Assembly: GCA_001781995.1 (NCBI GenBank)
Contig: MFNH01000040.1
Span: forward strand, 72,741 to 118,715
DNA from: Candidatus Levybacteria bacterium RBG_16_35_11
Lineage (GTDB): Bacteria; Patescibacteriota; Microgenomatia; Levybacterales; UBA12049
Length of the DNA stretch: 45,975 bases
Direction of reading: 5' to 3'
The notes beneath the pieces are model-generated. The model saw only the letters and a program-made list of their open reading frames with translations, was not told the DNA's origin and made no database searches. Both the position numbers and the translations under genes were made by a program. Shown piece after piece: positions 24,394 to 34,405 of this stretch (position 1 is the stretch's first letter; each line of letters starts with the position of its first letter).

Positions 24394-26330
24394 AAAGGTT
24401 TTTATATAAAAAAATAGAAGCATTACTAATTTTTATTGTTCTTTTAGTTTTCCATATAAATTTATTCATTACAAACTGCAATCTCTATAAATCGCTAAGT
24501 TTCGACAACCAGGCTCTTTTTACTTGGGATTACTCTGCAATGATTGGACTTTTGCCATTTAAGGATGTCTTTTATCCGTATGGAATATTGCCTTATTTTA
24601 TAAGCACTAGTTACATTGCTCAAATTATTTATTATCTATTATTTATTATTGCGCTTTTGCTTTTTTTTGAATTATTTAGAAAACTGTTTAAAAAAAGACT
24701 AATTGTCTACGTATTGTTTTTTATGTTTGTGGTTTTTATTGATAAGTTTATCGGCACAGAACAATTAATAAGATATGGTTTGCCTTCCGCTCTAATTTCA
24801 ATGTTTACTTTTTCCATAGATTACAAAATCAAATTCATAAAATGGAAAAAGATATTACTTTATTCTTTTTTCTCGGGGTTATTATTTGGTTTACTTAATG
24901 ATAGTGGAATTTACCTTTTTTTATCGATTATTCTTGTTCTTTTTACTTACCCGTTGGTGGTCTCCGCCTTAAATATTCTCAAAGAGCAAATTTATTATAA
25001 GGTAATCTTAAAAAATGTTTTTGTTGCGTTACTCGGCGTATTTTTTGGATTTCTTCCGTTTCTTATTTATTTAATCAGTAAGAATCTTTTATCCTCATTT
25101 GTGCAAAATTTCCTTAGATTATCCGAATACTTTTTCATAGCAAAAATACCTTTTACACCCGGTCTAATATCTTTCGAAAACATTTTTACCGTAGGGATTC
25201 TTCTTGTAACAGTAGTAGTAATTATTTTAAAGTTATCGAAGCTTGTTCCGCATGAAACTAGAGGCTTATTTCTTCAGATTTGCATTATATTTATCCTGGT
25301 TATAGTTGAGCAAAAAAACGTCATTCGCTCAACCGACAGATTAATTTCCTTTTTTGGTTTAATTTTGCTGTATCTTCTTTTAGTCGACTTTATTTATTTT
25401 TTTAAAAAATATGAACCGAGAATAACAGGCTTTTTTGTAATTTTATTGATTTTTTTAGTTTTCGGGGGCTCTTTTTCGAATGTAAATCTTTCTAATTCAA
25501 GAGTGAAAACGTTGAGTCCACAGGCCTGCGTAGAAGAAAACATAGGTCAGATTTTAAAAGATGATGAGCTCTTAAGCTTAAAAAAAGAACTCCAAAAACT
25601 TAGAATTAGCAGAGTATTTTCATATCCGGGCGACCCTGTAATCTATTCCTTACTAAATCAAAAACCGACATATTATTTTTCGGTTTATGAAGGTTCTTCT
25701 AAAATAAGCCAAAACGCAACAATCGAGGATATCAACGAAGATAAGATTGAGTATGTTGTAATAAATACAAAAATTAAAGCAATTCAGGATTCTGTCCCCA
25801 ACCTCATAAGAACGCCAATGCTTACACGTTTTATTGTAAATAATTACTATCCTGTTAGAAAATTGGGAGATTTTTTAATCTTAAAAAAAGATAGCTCCAG
25901 CGATTTTTTCAATTCAAATTTAGACAATTCATTTAAAAATTTTCTTCTTTCGGTTAATTTAGAAGCCATTCCCTTTTCGGAAGGATATTATAAAGAATCG
26001 AAGCTTAATCAAGTGAACCTTACATACTCCGCTAAAGATATAAATTCCTTAAATGATTTTCTCTCAAAAAATAGGATTAGTTCAAGCGACGAGCTTCTTG
26101 TAGTTGTGCCCGTAGAAACATACACTCAAAGTTCGTTCATAATTACCACAGATGATAATAAGCAAACCCGAATTTCTTTTAATGGTTGTCATAAGGATAA
26201 ATCATGCATTGTAAATCTAGACAATATTCCTCTTTTTTATGAAAATAGAGTTATTAAACAAGTGAAGATAAATAATTTTTATGGAGATATAAAAATCTAT
26301 AAAAATCCAGATAATTCTGCATTTTGGTAG
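24381..26330 (+). CDS. large multipass membrane protein, probable GT-C glycosyltransferase
   Basis: First loop D...GLLPFKDVFYPYG resembles the GT-C GxxPYxD motif. About 11 TM plus a soluble C-terminal domain. ATG 24381 follows AAGGA. Confidence 0.65.
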   Translation: MEKIKRFLYKKIEALLIFIVLLVFHINLFITNCNLYKSLSFDNQALFTWDYSAMIGLLPFKDVFYPYGILPYFISTSYIAQIIYYLLFIIALLLFFELFRKLFKKRLIVYVLFFMFVVFIDKFIGTEQLIRYGLPSALISMFTFSIDYKIKFIKWKKILLYSFFSGLLFGLLNDSGIYLFLSIILVLFTYPLVVSALNILKEQIYYKVILKNVFVALLGVFFGFLPFLIYLISKNLLSSFVQNFLRLSEYFFIAKIPFTPGLISFENIFTVGILLVTVVVIILKLSKLVPHETRGLFLQICIIFILVIVEQKNVIRSTDRLISFFGLILLYLLLVDFIYFFKKYEPRITGFFVILLIFLVFGGSFSNVNLSNSRVKTLSPQACVEENIGQILKDDELLSLKKELQKLRISRVFSYPGDPVIYSLLNQKPTYYFSVYEGSSKISQNATIEDINEDKIEYVVINTKIKAIQDSVPNLIRTPMLTRFIVNNYYPVRKLGDFLILKKDSSSDFFNSNLDNSFKNFLLSVNLEAIPFSEGYYKESKLNQVNLTYSAKDINSLNDFLSKNRISSSDELLVVVPVETYTQSSFIITTDDNKQTRISFNGCHKDKSCIVNLDNIPLFYENRVIKQVKINNFYGDIKIYKNPDNSAFW

Positions 26331-26446
26331 ATCGTATCTTCTCTTATCGTCATTTTTGAGTCTACTAATGTCCCGTCGCTTCGTCGTCGGGGAGGACGTC
26401 GTTTCCAAATTAAGATAAAAATTGGTAGAATTGAGCATAAGACAAG

Positions 26447-28030
26447 ATGAAAAGGATCTTTTGGGAAAATATCTATTTGTGGCCTATTCTGCTTTTTTAT
26501 TCATTTTTGATGCTTCTAGTTATAGATTGGGGAATTCCCAACGTAAACCACCCTTTTAATTACCACATGGATGAATGGCACCAGATGCAGGCGGTAAGAG
26601 ATCTTTTTAAATACGGGACAAATAATATGGAAGGGGCTGCTCATGGCCCTGTTCTCCAGTTTTTTCTAGGAGGAATTTTTCTTGTCCCCTTTATCCTTAT
26701 TAGATATATCGACCCTTTTTCCATTAGTTCATCACTGCAAAACCTAGTAATGCAGGAAAGAATATTTGAAGTTTTAAGACTAAATACCTTGCTGTTTGGA
26801 GTAACGTCAATAATTGTTCTGTGGAAAACGATTAAGGATAACTTTAATATTTCTCCCTTAATTCCTGTTTTGCTATTCACTTTTTCGCCGATTTGGCTTT
26901 CCTTGAGCAATTACTTCAAGTATGATATTGCGCTTATTTTTTGGATATTGCTGGCTGTTTGGGCAATGTTGAATTACCACAAGAGACCAATTTTAAAAAA
27001 CTTTCTTTTCGCTTCATTTTTTTCCGGCCTTGCTTTGTCTGCGAAGGCTAGCGCTGTTCCTATTTTTCCTATTCTAATTTTTTCATACTTTCTTTTCAGC
27101 AAAGGGATTAGAAAGAACATTACAGGTCTCATTTTGGGGATTGCGATATTTTTTGTAACTTTTACTACATTAGGCATCCCAGACTTGCTTTTTTTGAAAA
27201 AAGGCGATTATTTTGTTTACTTTTATGATAATTTAGTAACATCTCCGACTGCCAGTAATGATTTCATACTTGGTGCGCCTTGGTATATTTATATTCTTTT
27301 TACCCATTACCCTTTGATATTTGGCATTGTGCTTTACCTCTTTTCTTTAGTCTCAATCTTCTTCTTAATTTATAAAAAGTTACTTAATTCTAGGAACAAA
27401 ACAGCTATTTTCATACTTGTTTCTTTATTTTTTTTCTCATTAAGTCTTTTGGCATTAAGACTAGAGCTAAGGGGGAACAGGTCCTTGGTGCTTTTACCTT
27501 TTCTTATTCTGTCGATCACATTTTTTTTACAAGAAATCAAAAGAATAAAAAAAATTCCTGCTTACGCTCTGATCACGTTTTTAGTTGCCGTTCAAGTCAT
27601 TCAATCTGTCCCATATGTATTGTTTAAAACGCAACTAGACACGAAACAGGTTTCTTCTGAATGGATAACTAAAAATATAAATAAAGGCTTAACAATTGGT
27701 CTTCAACCTGTCCCAATTTATCAAGGAATACCTGATTTTCTATTAAAAGACTATTACTTTGGTCAAAAACAAACAGGCTATTACAGGTATAAATTAGTAG
27801 ATTACAAAACTAAAGAACTACCCGATATCATTCTACTAACAAATACTAATTACAATAAGAATTTAATTAACAACAAAGACGAAATTAAACTTTTAGAACG
27901 TTTAAGTAAAGAAGGGTATAAATTGCAGAATGAATTCATTCCCAATTTAAATTTCTTTTTTTCCGATTTTAACAATATACTTTTTTCAGGACTATTTCCC
28001 GTTACTGATATTAGCATTTATAAAAAATAA
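26447..28030 (+). CDS. GT-C glycosyltransferase (PMT/ArnT family 39/83-like)
   Basis: First external loop HMDEWH (DE motif), many TMs, GLALSAK, soluble C-terminal domain. Confidence 0.78.
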   Translation: MKRIFWENIYLWPILLFYSFLMLLVIDWGIPNVNHPFNYHMDEWHQMQAVRDLFKYGTNNMEGAAHGPVLQFFLGGIFLVPFILIRYIDPFSISSSLQNLVMQERIFEVLRLNTLLFGVTSIIVLWKTIKDNFNISPLIPVLLFTFSPIWLSLSNYFKYDIALIFWILLAVWAMLNYHKRPILKNFLFASFFSGLALSAKASAVPIFPILIFSYFLFSKGIRKNITGLILGIAIFFVTFTTLGIPDLLFLKKGDYFVYFYDNLVTSPTASNDFILGAPWYIYILFTHYPLIFGIVLYLFSLVSIFFLIYKKLLNSRNKTAIFILVSLFFFSLSLLALRLELRGNRSLVLLPFLILSITFFLQEIKRIKKIPAYALITFLVAVQVIQSVPYVLFKTQLDTKQVSSEWITKNINKGLTIGLQPVPIYQGIPDFLLKDYYFGQKQTGYYRYKLVDYKTKELPDIILLTNTNYNKNLINNKDEIKLLERLSKEGYKLQNEFIPNLNFFFSDFNNILFSGLFPVTDISIYKK

Positions 28031-29280
28031 TGGGCTATAAAAGAACAGCTTTTAAAGGTATATCCTGGATGACTGGCTTGCAAACCTTAATCAGGAGTTT
28101 CGCTTTTATTAAAATTGCTATTTTAGCCAGAATTCTTTCTCCTTCTGATTTTGGTCTCTATGGAATTGCCGCACTGCTTTTGGCTTTCCTGCAAATTATT
28201 ACCGAGACCGGAATTAATGTTATTCTTGTTCAATCAAAAAAAGAAGTAAAAGAGGTTCTTGATTCGGCATGGGTTATCTCGATAATTAGAGGGTTAATTA
28301 TTTTTCTTGGGATTATAATTGCTTCTCCGTTTATTGCCTATTTTTTTAAAACTCCATCTGTATTGGGAATTATTTTAATTATTAGCCTCGCTCCTTTAAT
28401 ATCTGGATTCATTAACCCGGCCGAGATAATTTTTCAAAAAGAACTAAAATTTAAATATGAATTCTTATTTAGAGCATCGCTTTATTTTACAGACGCCATA
28501 GCTGCCGTTTTATTTGCCTTAGTAACTCATTCTGTTTACAGTCTTCCTATCGGTTTGATTGCATCTGCACTTTTAGAAGTAATACTTTCTTTCGTTTTTA
28601 TCAGACCGATTCCTAAGTTTAAGCTCAATAAGAAGTATTTCAAAGAAATATTACATAAAGGTAAATGGGTTACTGGGTATAGTATATTTAATTATTTCGG
28701 AGAAAACGGAGACAATATTACCGTTGGAAAAATTTTAGGATCTGCTTCTTTAGGTGCCTATCAGATGGCATACCGGATCGCAACATTGCCAATAACAGAA
28801 ATATCGGATGTTATAAGTAAAGTTACATTTCCGGTTTATTCAAAAATTGAAGAAGATAAAAAAAGATTATTTTTAGCTTTCGCTAAAACCACCATTATTT
28901 CATCAATTTGTACGATATTCTTAGGTCTTGTTATTTTTATTTTTTCAGAACAATTAGTAAAAATAGTTCTTGGTTCTCAATGGCTAATCACAGTACCAGT
29001 GCTTAAAGTTTTAGCAATATTTGGAATTTTAAAGTCTATTCTCTCGCCTGCAGCTGTAGTCTTTCTAGCGGCTCAAAAACAAAAATATTTGACAATGGTT
29101 TTGTCTGTTAGACTTTTTATTCTTGTTGCTACAGTTATTCCGTTAACTTTTACCTTTGGTATTATAGGGGCCGCCTATTCGCAAATTATTTCTATACTGA
29201 TTGAATATCCAATTTTCGCCTTTTTATTGTATCGCATTTTTAAATCACAAAAATATTTAGTTGAACAAAGTTTACAGTGA
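28030..29280 (+). CDS. wzx: Wzx-type oligosaccharide flippase (WzxC-like)
   Basis: ILARILSPSDFGLYG, ETG, DNITVGKILG...LGAYQMAY, V.FPVYSK. About 12 TM. Confidence 0.88.
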   Translation: MGYKRTAFKGISWMTGLQTLIRSFAFIKIAILARILSPSDFGLYGIAALLLAFLQIITETGINVILVQSKKEVKEVLDSAWVISIIRGLIIFLGIIIASPFIAYFFKTPSVLGIILIISLAPLISGFINPAEIIFQKELKFKYEFLFRASLYFTDAIAAVLFALVTHSVYSLPIGLIASALLEVILSFVFIRPIPKFKLNKKYFKEILHKGKWVTGYSIFNYFGENGDNITVGKILGSASLGAYQMAYRIATLPITEISDVISKVTFPVYSKIEEDKKRLFLAFAKTTIISSICTIFLGLVIFIFSEQLVKIVLGSQWLITVPVLKVLAIFGILKSILSPAAVVFLAAQKQKYLTMVLSVRLFILVATVIPLTFTFGIIGAAYSQIISILIEYPIFAFLLYRIFKSQKYLVEQSLQ

Positions 29281-29305
29281 TATTTCCCGTTGGTATAATA
29301 GCCTA

Positions 29306-30460
29306 ATGATAATTGGTATTGATGCAACTTGCTTGGAGGATAATAACAGAACAGGTCTTTACACCTATCTAATGAGTCTACTAGAAAATTTGCCTAAAAT
29401 TTCTCCTAAAAATGAATACAGGCTTTATTTTAAAAATTCAATTCCATCGATTAGTTTCGGAAACTCAGGCATTTCAACGAAAGCACTTAGGAAACCTTCG
29501 CTTTTTTTCTGGACAAAAAAGCCATTATGGTATTCTTATTGCTTACCGAAAGAGCTTTTAATTAATAAAGTAGATTTGTTCTTCTCGCCGTCTTATGTTC
29601 TTCCTCGCTGGCTTCCTGTAAGAAGCATTGTGTGCATTCATGATATTTCTTTTGAAGCATATCCTGACTCGTTTCCCAGAGATTGGTTATCCGAGACAAG
29701 AAATAGAATAAGAGAGTCTGCTAGAAAAGCCTCGCTTGTCGTCACAAACTCAATTTTCTGCAAACGAGAAATAAAAAAACATTATAATATTCCTGAGAAA
29801 AAAATTTTTGTCATCCGCCCCGGCATTAGCAGGCATTTTACGAGTACCGGCGTATCGAACAGCGCTTATCAGGCAAGTTTAATAAATAAAAAATATGATA
29901 TAAAAAAACCGTTTATAATATCCGTCGGCAATCTTTATCCGAGAAGAAACACACCTGCTCTTATTAAAGCTTTTAAGAAAATAGGGGAGAAAATAAATAA
30001 TTATCAGCTTGTTATTATAGGAAAAAATCAAGAACATGGCCAAGAAAACGTGAAGAAACTTATAGCAAGAACAAATAAGGAGTTAAGCGCAAAAAGAATT
30101 TTACATTATGAATTTGTTCCAGATGAAGACTTAGAATATCTTTTTAAGAACGCTGATCTTTTTGTTAGCCTCAGTAATTATGAAGGTTTTGGTTGCTACT
30201 CAATGTTGGAGGCGATGATTTACGGATGTCCCGTGTTAGCGGTTAAAACTTCATCAATGCCTGAAGTTATCGGAAATGCAGGAATATACACCAGCCATGA
30301 TAATATAGAAAAAATAAGTAGTAAAATTTATTATGCGATAAAGAATAGAAAGCTAAGAAAAGAATTATCGATAAAAGGTGCAGACAGAATTAAGATCTTC
30401 TCAACCAAAAATATGGCAAAGCAGTTTTTAAAGGCATCTGAATATGTCGTTAGTAATTAA
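29306..30460 (+). CDS. glycosyltransferase family 4 (MtfB/WbpY-like)
   Basis: MIIGIDA, TG...Y, IHDISF..YP, VGNL.PRRN, S.YEGFG...LEAM.YGCPV, SSMPEV.G.AG. Start 29306 supported by TGgTATAAT 6 nt upstream. Confidence 0.9.
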   Translation: MIIGIDATCLEDNNRTGLYTYLMSLLENLPKISPKNEYRLYFKNSIPSISFGNSGISTKALRKPSLFFWTKKPLWYSYCLPKELLINKVDLFFSPSYVLPRWLPVRSIVCIHDISFEAYPDSFPRDWLSETRNRIRESARKASLVVTNSIFCKREIKKHYNIPEKKIFVIRPGISRHFTSTGVSNSAYQASLINKKYDIKKPFIISVGNLYPRRNTPALIKAFKKIGEKINNYQLVIIGKNQEHGQENVKKLIARTNKELSAKRILHYEFVPDEDLEYLFKNADLFVSLSNYEGFGCYSMLEAMIYGCPVLAVKTSSMPEVIGNAGIYTSHDNIEKISSKIYYAIKNRKLRKELSIKGADRIKIFSTKNMAKQFLKASEYVVSN

Positions 30461-31001
30461 AAAACCATCGTCAAGCCAAATTTATTCTTTTTTTATTTCC
30501 TTAAGCGACACTGCATTGTATAATTTCAGTATTTATCCCAGGGCAAATAGAAAAAGTGTGGCGCTTCGGCTTTCCAAAGCTCTTCCTAAAGATAAGTTCC
30601 AGAAAATTTTTGGAGCCTTCTATATGGGTAAAATGGTAGGTTACAGTTTTTTAAAATTTTCTCCAAAAAGTACAGACAAAAATATTTGTCAATTCGGAAT
30701 AGTAATAGGCGAGTCTTATCAAGGTAAAGGGTATGGTGATGTCCTTAGTAAAAAAACGATTGATTGGGCAAAAAATAATAAATTTAAAAAAATATGGCTC
30801 ACTGTTTACAGCGATAATCTTGGCGCTATTAAACTATACAAAAAAATTGGCTTTCAGACAGAAGGGATATTTATGTATAATTGGTATTCTCATGGAAAGT
30901 TTCGCCACACTATCAGTATGGCATTATTTTTCGATAAGGAACCATCCTTAGAAAGGAAACGGTTATGGGGAAATTTATCCAAAATGCAAGACCATCGTTA
31001 A
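30444..31001 (+). CDS. GNAT family N-acetyltransferase
   Basis: Acetyl-CoA motif YQGKGYG, IWLTVYSDN..AIKLYKKIGFQTEG. Confidence 0.88.
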   Translation: MSLVIKKPSSSQIYSFFISLSDTALYNFSIYPRANRKSVALRLSKALPKDKFQKIFGAFYMGKMVGYSFLKFSPKSTDKNICQFGIVIGESYQGKGYGDVLSKKTIDWAKNNKFKKIWLTVYSDNLGAIKLYKKIGFQTEGIFMYNWYSHGKFRHTISMALFFDKEPSLERKRLWGNLSKMQDHR

Positions 31002-32089
31002 TTGGTAGAGAAAAAAAATATGTACTCGATTGTCTTGAGGCCAATTGGATTTCCTCAGTCGGTAAATATGTTGGAAGGTTTGAAAAAAAATTTGCTCGTT
31101 TTCACGAAACGAAATTTGCAGTTAGCTGCAACAGTGGAACTGCAGCTCTACATGCGTCTTTGCTTGCTCTAGGCGTTAAGAAAGGCGATGAAATTATTGC
31201 TCCTTCTCTTACTTATGCGGCCACTACAAATGCGATTATATACTGTGGGGCAAGGCCCGTTTTAGTTGACGTTGACATAGAAACTTGGTGTATAGACTCA
31301 AGCTTAATTGAAAAGAGCGTTACGTCTAAAACAAAAGGTATAATAGTTGTTCACTTCTTTGGGCATCCGGTAGATATGGATCCCATACTCAAAATTGCAA
31401 AAAAGTTTAATTTATTTGTTGTTGAAGATAATGCCCAGGGGATAGGAGCGCTCTATAAAGGGAGAAAAACGGGGACTATCGGAGATGTCGGTGTATTTAG
31501 TTTTTTTGGCAGCAAATTAATCACAACAGGAGAGGGCGGAATGGTGATTACAGACAACAAAGAGCTTGCAGAAAAAGTAAGTCTGTATAAAAATCAGGGA
31601 ACAGATCCAAGCAGAAAATATTGGTTTCCCGTTATTGGCTACAATTACAGGATGACAAATATCGAGGCAGCGATTGGCTTAGCTCAATTGGAAAAAATAA
31701 AAACTCACATAAACGCACGCAGGACAATTGCCAAAAGATATATGGAAGAATTGAAAAATGTAAATTCTTTAATTCTGCCAAGTGAGAGAGACTATGCTTT
31801 TAATGTTTACTGGATGTTTAATGTTAGGCTTAGAGACGATGTTAAAAGAGGCAGAGACGAGGTAATTAAAAAATTTATAAAATATGGGATTGATGCGAGA
31901 TATATTCCTTACCCTATCCATATGCTCCCTAACTACAAAAAATTTACATCGAATAGAAAATATCCCGTCTCAGAGAAAATATTTTTAAGAAGCATAACCC
32001 TTCCCACACATGAGGGACTTAAAATTAAAGATATAAAGTATATTTGTAATAAATTGAAGTATATTCTTAACGAGGCAAATAAAAAATAA
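30965..32089 (+). CDS. DegT/DnrJ/EryC1/StrS aminotransferase (perosamine synthase-like)
   Basis: NWISSVG, NSGTAALH, VEDNAQ, PLP-lysine FSFFGSKLITTGEGG, GYNYRMTN.EAAIG.AQL. Confidence 0.92.
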   Translation: MGKFIQNARPSLIGREKKYVLDCLEANWISSVGKYVGRFEKKFARFHETKFAVSCNSGTAALHASLLALGVKKGDEIIAPSLTYAATTNAIIYCGARPVLVDVDIETWCIDSSLIEKSVTSKTKGIIVVHFFGHPVDMDPILKIAKKFNLFVVEDNAQGIGALYKGRKTGTIGDVGVFSFFGSKLITTGEGGMVITDNKELAEKVSLYKNQGTDPSRKYWFPVIGYNYRMTNIEAAIGLAQLEKIKTHINARRTIAKRYMEELKNVNSLILPSERDYAFNVYWMFNVRLRDDVKRGRDEVIKKFIKYGIDARYIPYPIHMLPNYKKFTSNRKYPVSEKIFLRSITLPTHEGLKIKDIKYICNKLKYILNEANKK

Positions 32090-32132
32090 AATATCTGCAA
32101 TACAGAGCTTAATCTGAGAATAACCATTGGCT

Positions 32133-34391
32133 ATGAAACATCCTAAGTTATCAATAATTATCGTTAACTATAAAGTAAAAAAAGAACTTTTTAACTGCAT
32201 TCGCTCGATAATTAAATCAAAACCGAAAGTTAGCTACGAAATTATTGTTGTTGATAACGATGAAAAGAAAACAATCGAGAATAGTTTAAAAAAAAGATTC
32301 AAAAATGTAAGGTATATAGGAAATCCCGTTAATAGCGGTTTTGGAACGGGAAATAATCTTGGAACAAAAAATGCTAGGGGAGAGTATCTTTTTTTTCTTA
32401 ATCCCGATACCCTAGTTGAAAGAAACGCAATTGACAATCTTATAAGATCAATAAAAAATGACAAAAAAACAGGAGTTGCCTCTCCCCTACTATTAGACAA
32501 AAATAGGGGAGTGTATCCCCTTCAAGGAACTCTTGAACTTACTCCAGTAAGGGCAATTTTTGGACTATCATTTATAAACAAAATTTTCCCCAATAACCCG
32601 ATTTCTAAAAAATATTGGCAAAAAAATTGGGACAAGAGCAAAGATAAAAATGTAGACGTAGTTCCTGGAACTGCTTTGATGATTAAGAAGGATTTATTTG
32701 AAAGAGTCAGTGGATTTGACGAAAAGTTTTTTCTTTATTTTGAGGAATTCGATTTATGCAATCGGATTAAGGATTTGGGATTTGAAATAAAAATTATCGC
32801 ATCCTCTAAGGTTGTTCACTTATGGGAAAGGAGCACAAAAAAAAGAGAAGACATTAAAAAAATATTTGCAAGAAGCAAGTTTTACTATTTCAAGAAAAAT
32901 TACGGATTTTTAAACGCTCTGGCCGTTTCTTTTCTTACAGAGACCACTAAGGAAAAATTTTTACTATTTTTCATATTCATTTTGGGAGTTTTCTTGCGAT
33001 TCTACAAATTAGATCAGTTGATGATTTTCATTGCTGATCAGGGGTGGTTTTATCTTTCCGCAAGGGATCTATTGGTTAATCATTCAATTCCACTCCTGGG
33101 TGTTCCCTCGTCTGTTGTTTGGCTAAAACAGGGTCCTCTTGGTACCTATCTTATAGCACTCTCGTTATATTTTGGAAAATTTCATCCTATATCTCCTGCC
33201 GTATTCTTTTCCGCCTTGGATAGCTTAACCATTCTATTAATATTTTACATAAGTAAAAAATGGATAAATGAAAGATCAGCTCTTTTTGCATCTGCTTTTT
33301 ATGCAACCTCGCCGTTAATTCTGGTAATGAGTAGGATGCCTTATCATACAAGTGCGATACCTTTCTTTGCCTGTTTATTCTTCATTATATTGGGAAGCAA
33401 AAAGAACTATTTAAATCTTTTCTTCTTGTTTTTTATTTTAGGGTTGTTGATTCAACTAGAGCTGTCAAATTCCGTGCTTCTAGTATTGCTTTTAATTTAC
33501 ATTTTGTTTAAAAAAATAAAAATTTCTAAAGCAAAAGTTTATCTCTCCACTTTCGGGCTTATTATTGGTCTTTTACCATTTATAATTTATGACTTTTCAC
33601 ATAGGTTTATTCAGACCGTTGGTCTTCCCTTATGGATAATAAACAGGGTCAGGCTTTTTTTGGGGCTTACAATTTCCGGAAATAGCACGACACACAATTT
33701 CCCCATAGCCTTAACAACAGTAAGGGATCAGCTGGCACAAATAATCTTTCCCTTTTCGCTAACATTTTTTTATTTCATATTAATACTTTTACTAGTTTCA
33801 TTATTTATGAAACGTCGGGAAATTATAGAAAGCAAAATTTTCCTTATAGCCCTTTGGTTCTTTGTTCCGTTATTTGGTTTTTTGATTCACGCAGCTCCGG
33901 GTATGGCGTATTTTCCACTTATTTTTCCCGCTGTCTGCCTTTTAATAGGTTTTTGTCTTGATTTTTATTCTAAATTTAATAAACCGCTAGTCATTTTGGT
34001 TTTCTTGGTGATTCTTTTTGTTAATGTTTTCAACATAGTTAAATCAGATTATTTTATTTGGACGAATAAGTCGGTTAGGATGCCACCGAATAATTATGGC
34101 TTTGGTCCTACATACTTAATTTTCAATGACTTATCAAAAAAAATCGTTAGTGATTCCCAAAAAAGAAACTTTAATGTTAAAGGCGGAGGGTTTTTGTCTA
34201 AATACGAGTCGGGAATTGACAATTTTAAGTATTTAATCTTAATTAATGGTGGGAAGATTGACTACAATTCGTCCTTAAAATATGTTATCTACGCAAAGGA
34301 TGATGTTGAAAGAGAGAAGGCTGTGTCCAACTCTAAAAATGTTCTTTTTAAAAGCAATTATTTTTATATTTATAAGCAAGTGAGTGAATAA
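32133..34391 (+). CDS. GT2 - GT-C (PMT-like) fusion glycosyltransferase
   Basis: N-terminal ~270 aa is a GT2 (IIIVNY, VVDN, GFGTGNN, LNPD, GFDEKFFLYFEEFD). The rest is GT-C-like (LRFYKL..L..FIADQG, QGPL, ~11 TM). Confidence 0.85.
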   Translation: MKHPKLSIIIVNYKVKKELFNCIRSIIKSKPKVSYEIIVVDNDEKKTIENSLKKRFKNVRYIGNPVNSGFGTGNNLGTKNARGEYLFFLNPDTLVERNAIDNLIRSIKNDKKTGVASPLLLDKNRGVYPLQGTLELTPVRAIFGLSFINKIFPNNPISKKYWQKNWDKSKDKNVDVVPGTALMIKKDLFERVSGFDEKFFLYFEEFDLCNRIKDLGFEIKIIASSKVVHLWERSTKKREDIKKIFARSKFYYFKKNYGFLNALAVSFLTETTKEKFLLFFIFILGVFLRFYKLDQLMIFIADQGWFYLSARDLLVNHSIPLLGVPSSVVWLKQGPLGTYLIALSLYFGKFHPISPAVFFSALDSLTILLIFYISKKWINERSALFASAFYATSPLILVMSRMPYHTSAIPFFACLFFIILGSKKNYLNLFFLFFILGLLIQLELSNSVLLVLLLIYILFKKIKISKAKVYLSTFGLIIGLLPFIIYDFSHRFIQTVGLPLWIINRVRLFLGLTISGNSTTHNFPIALTTVRDQLAQIIFPFSLTFFYFILILLLVSLFMKRREIIESKIFLIALWFFVPLFGFLIHAAPGMAYFPLIFPAVCLLIGFCLDFYSKFNKPLVILVFLVILFVNVFNIVKSDYFIWTNKSVRMPPNNYGFGPTYLIFNDLSKKIVSDSQKRNFNVKGGGFLSKYESGIDNFKYLILINGGKIDYNSSLKYVIYAKDDVEREKAVSNSKNVLFKSNYFYIYKQVSE

Positions 34392-34405
34392 TGTAGAATA
34401 AGAAT

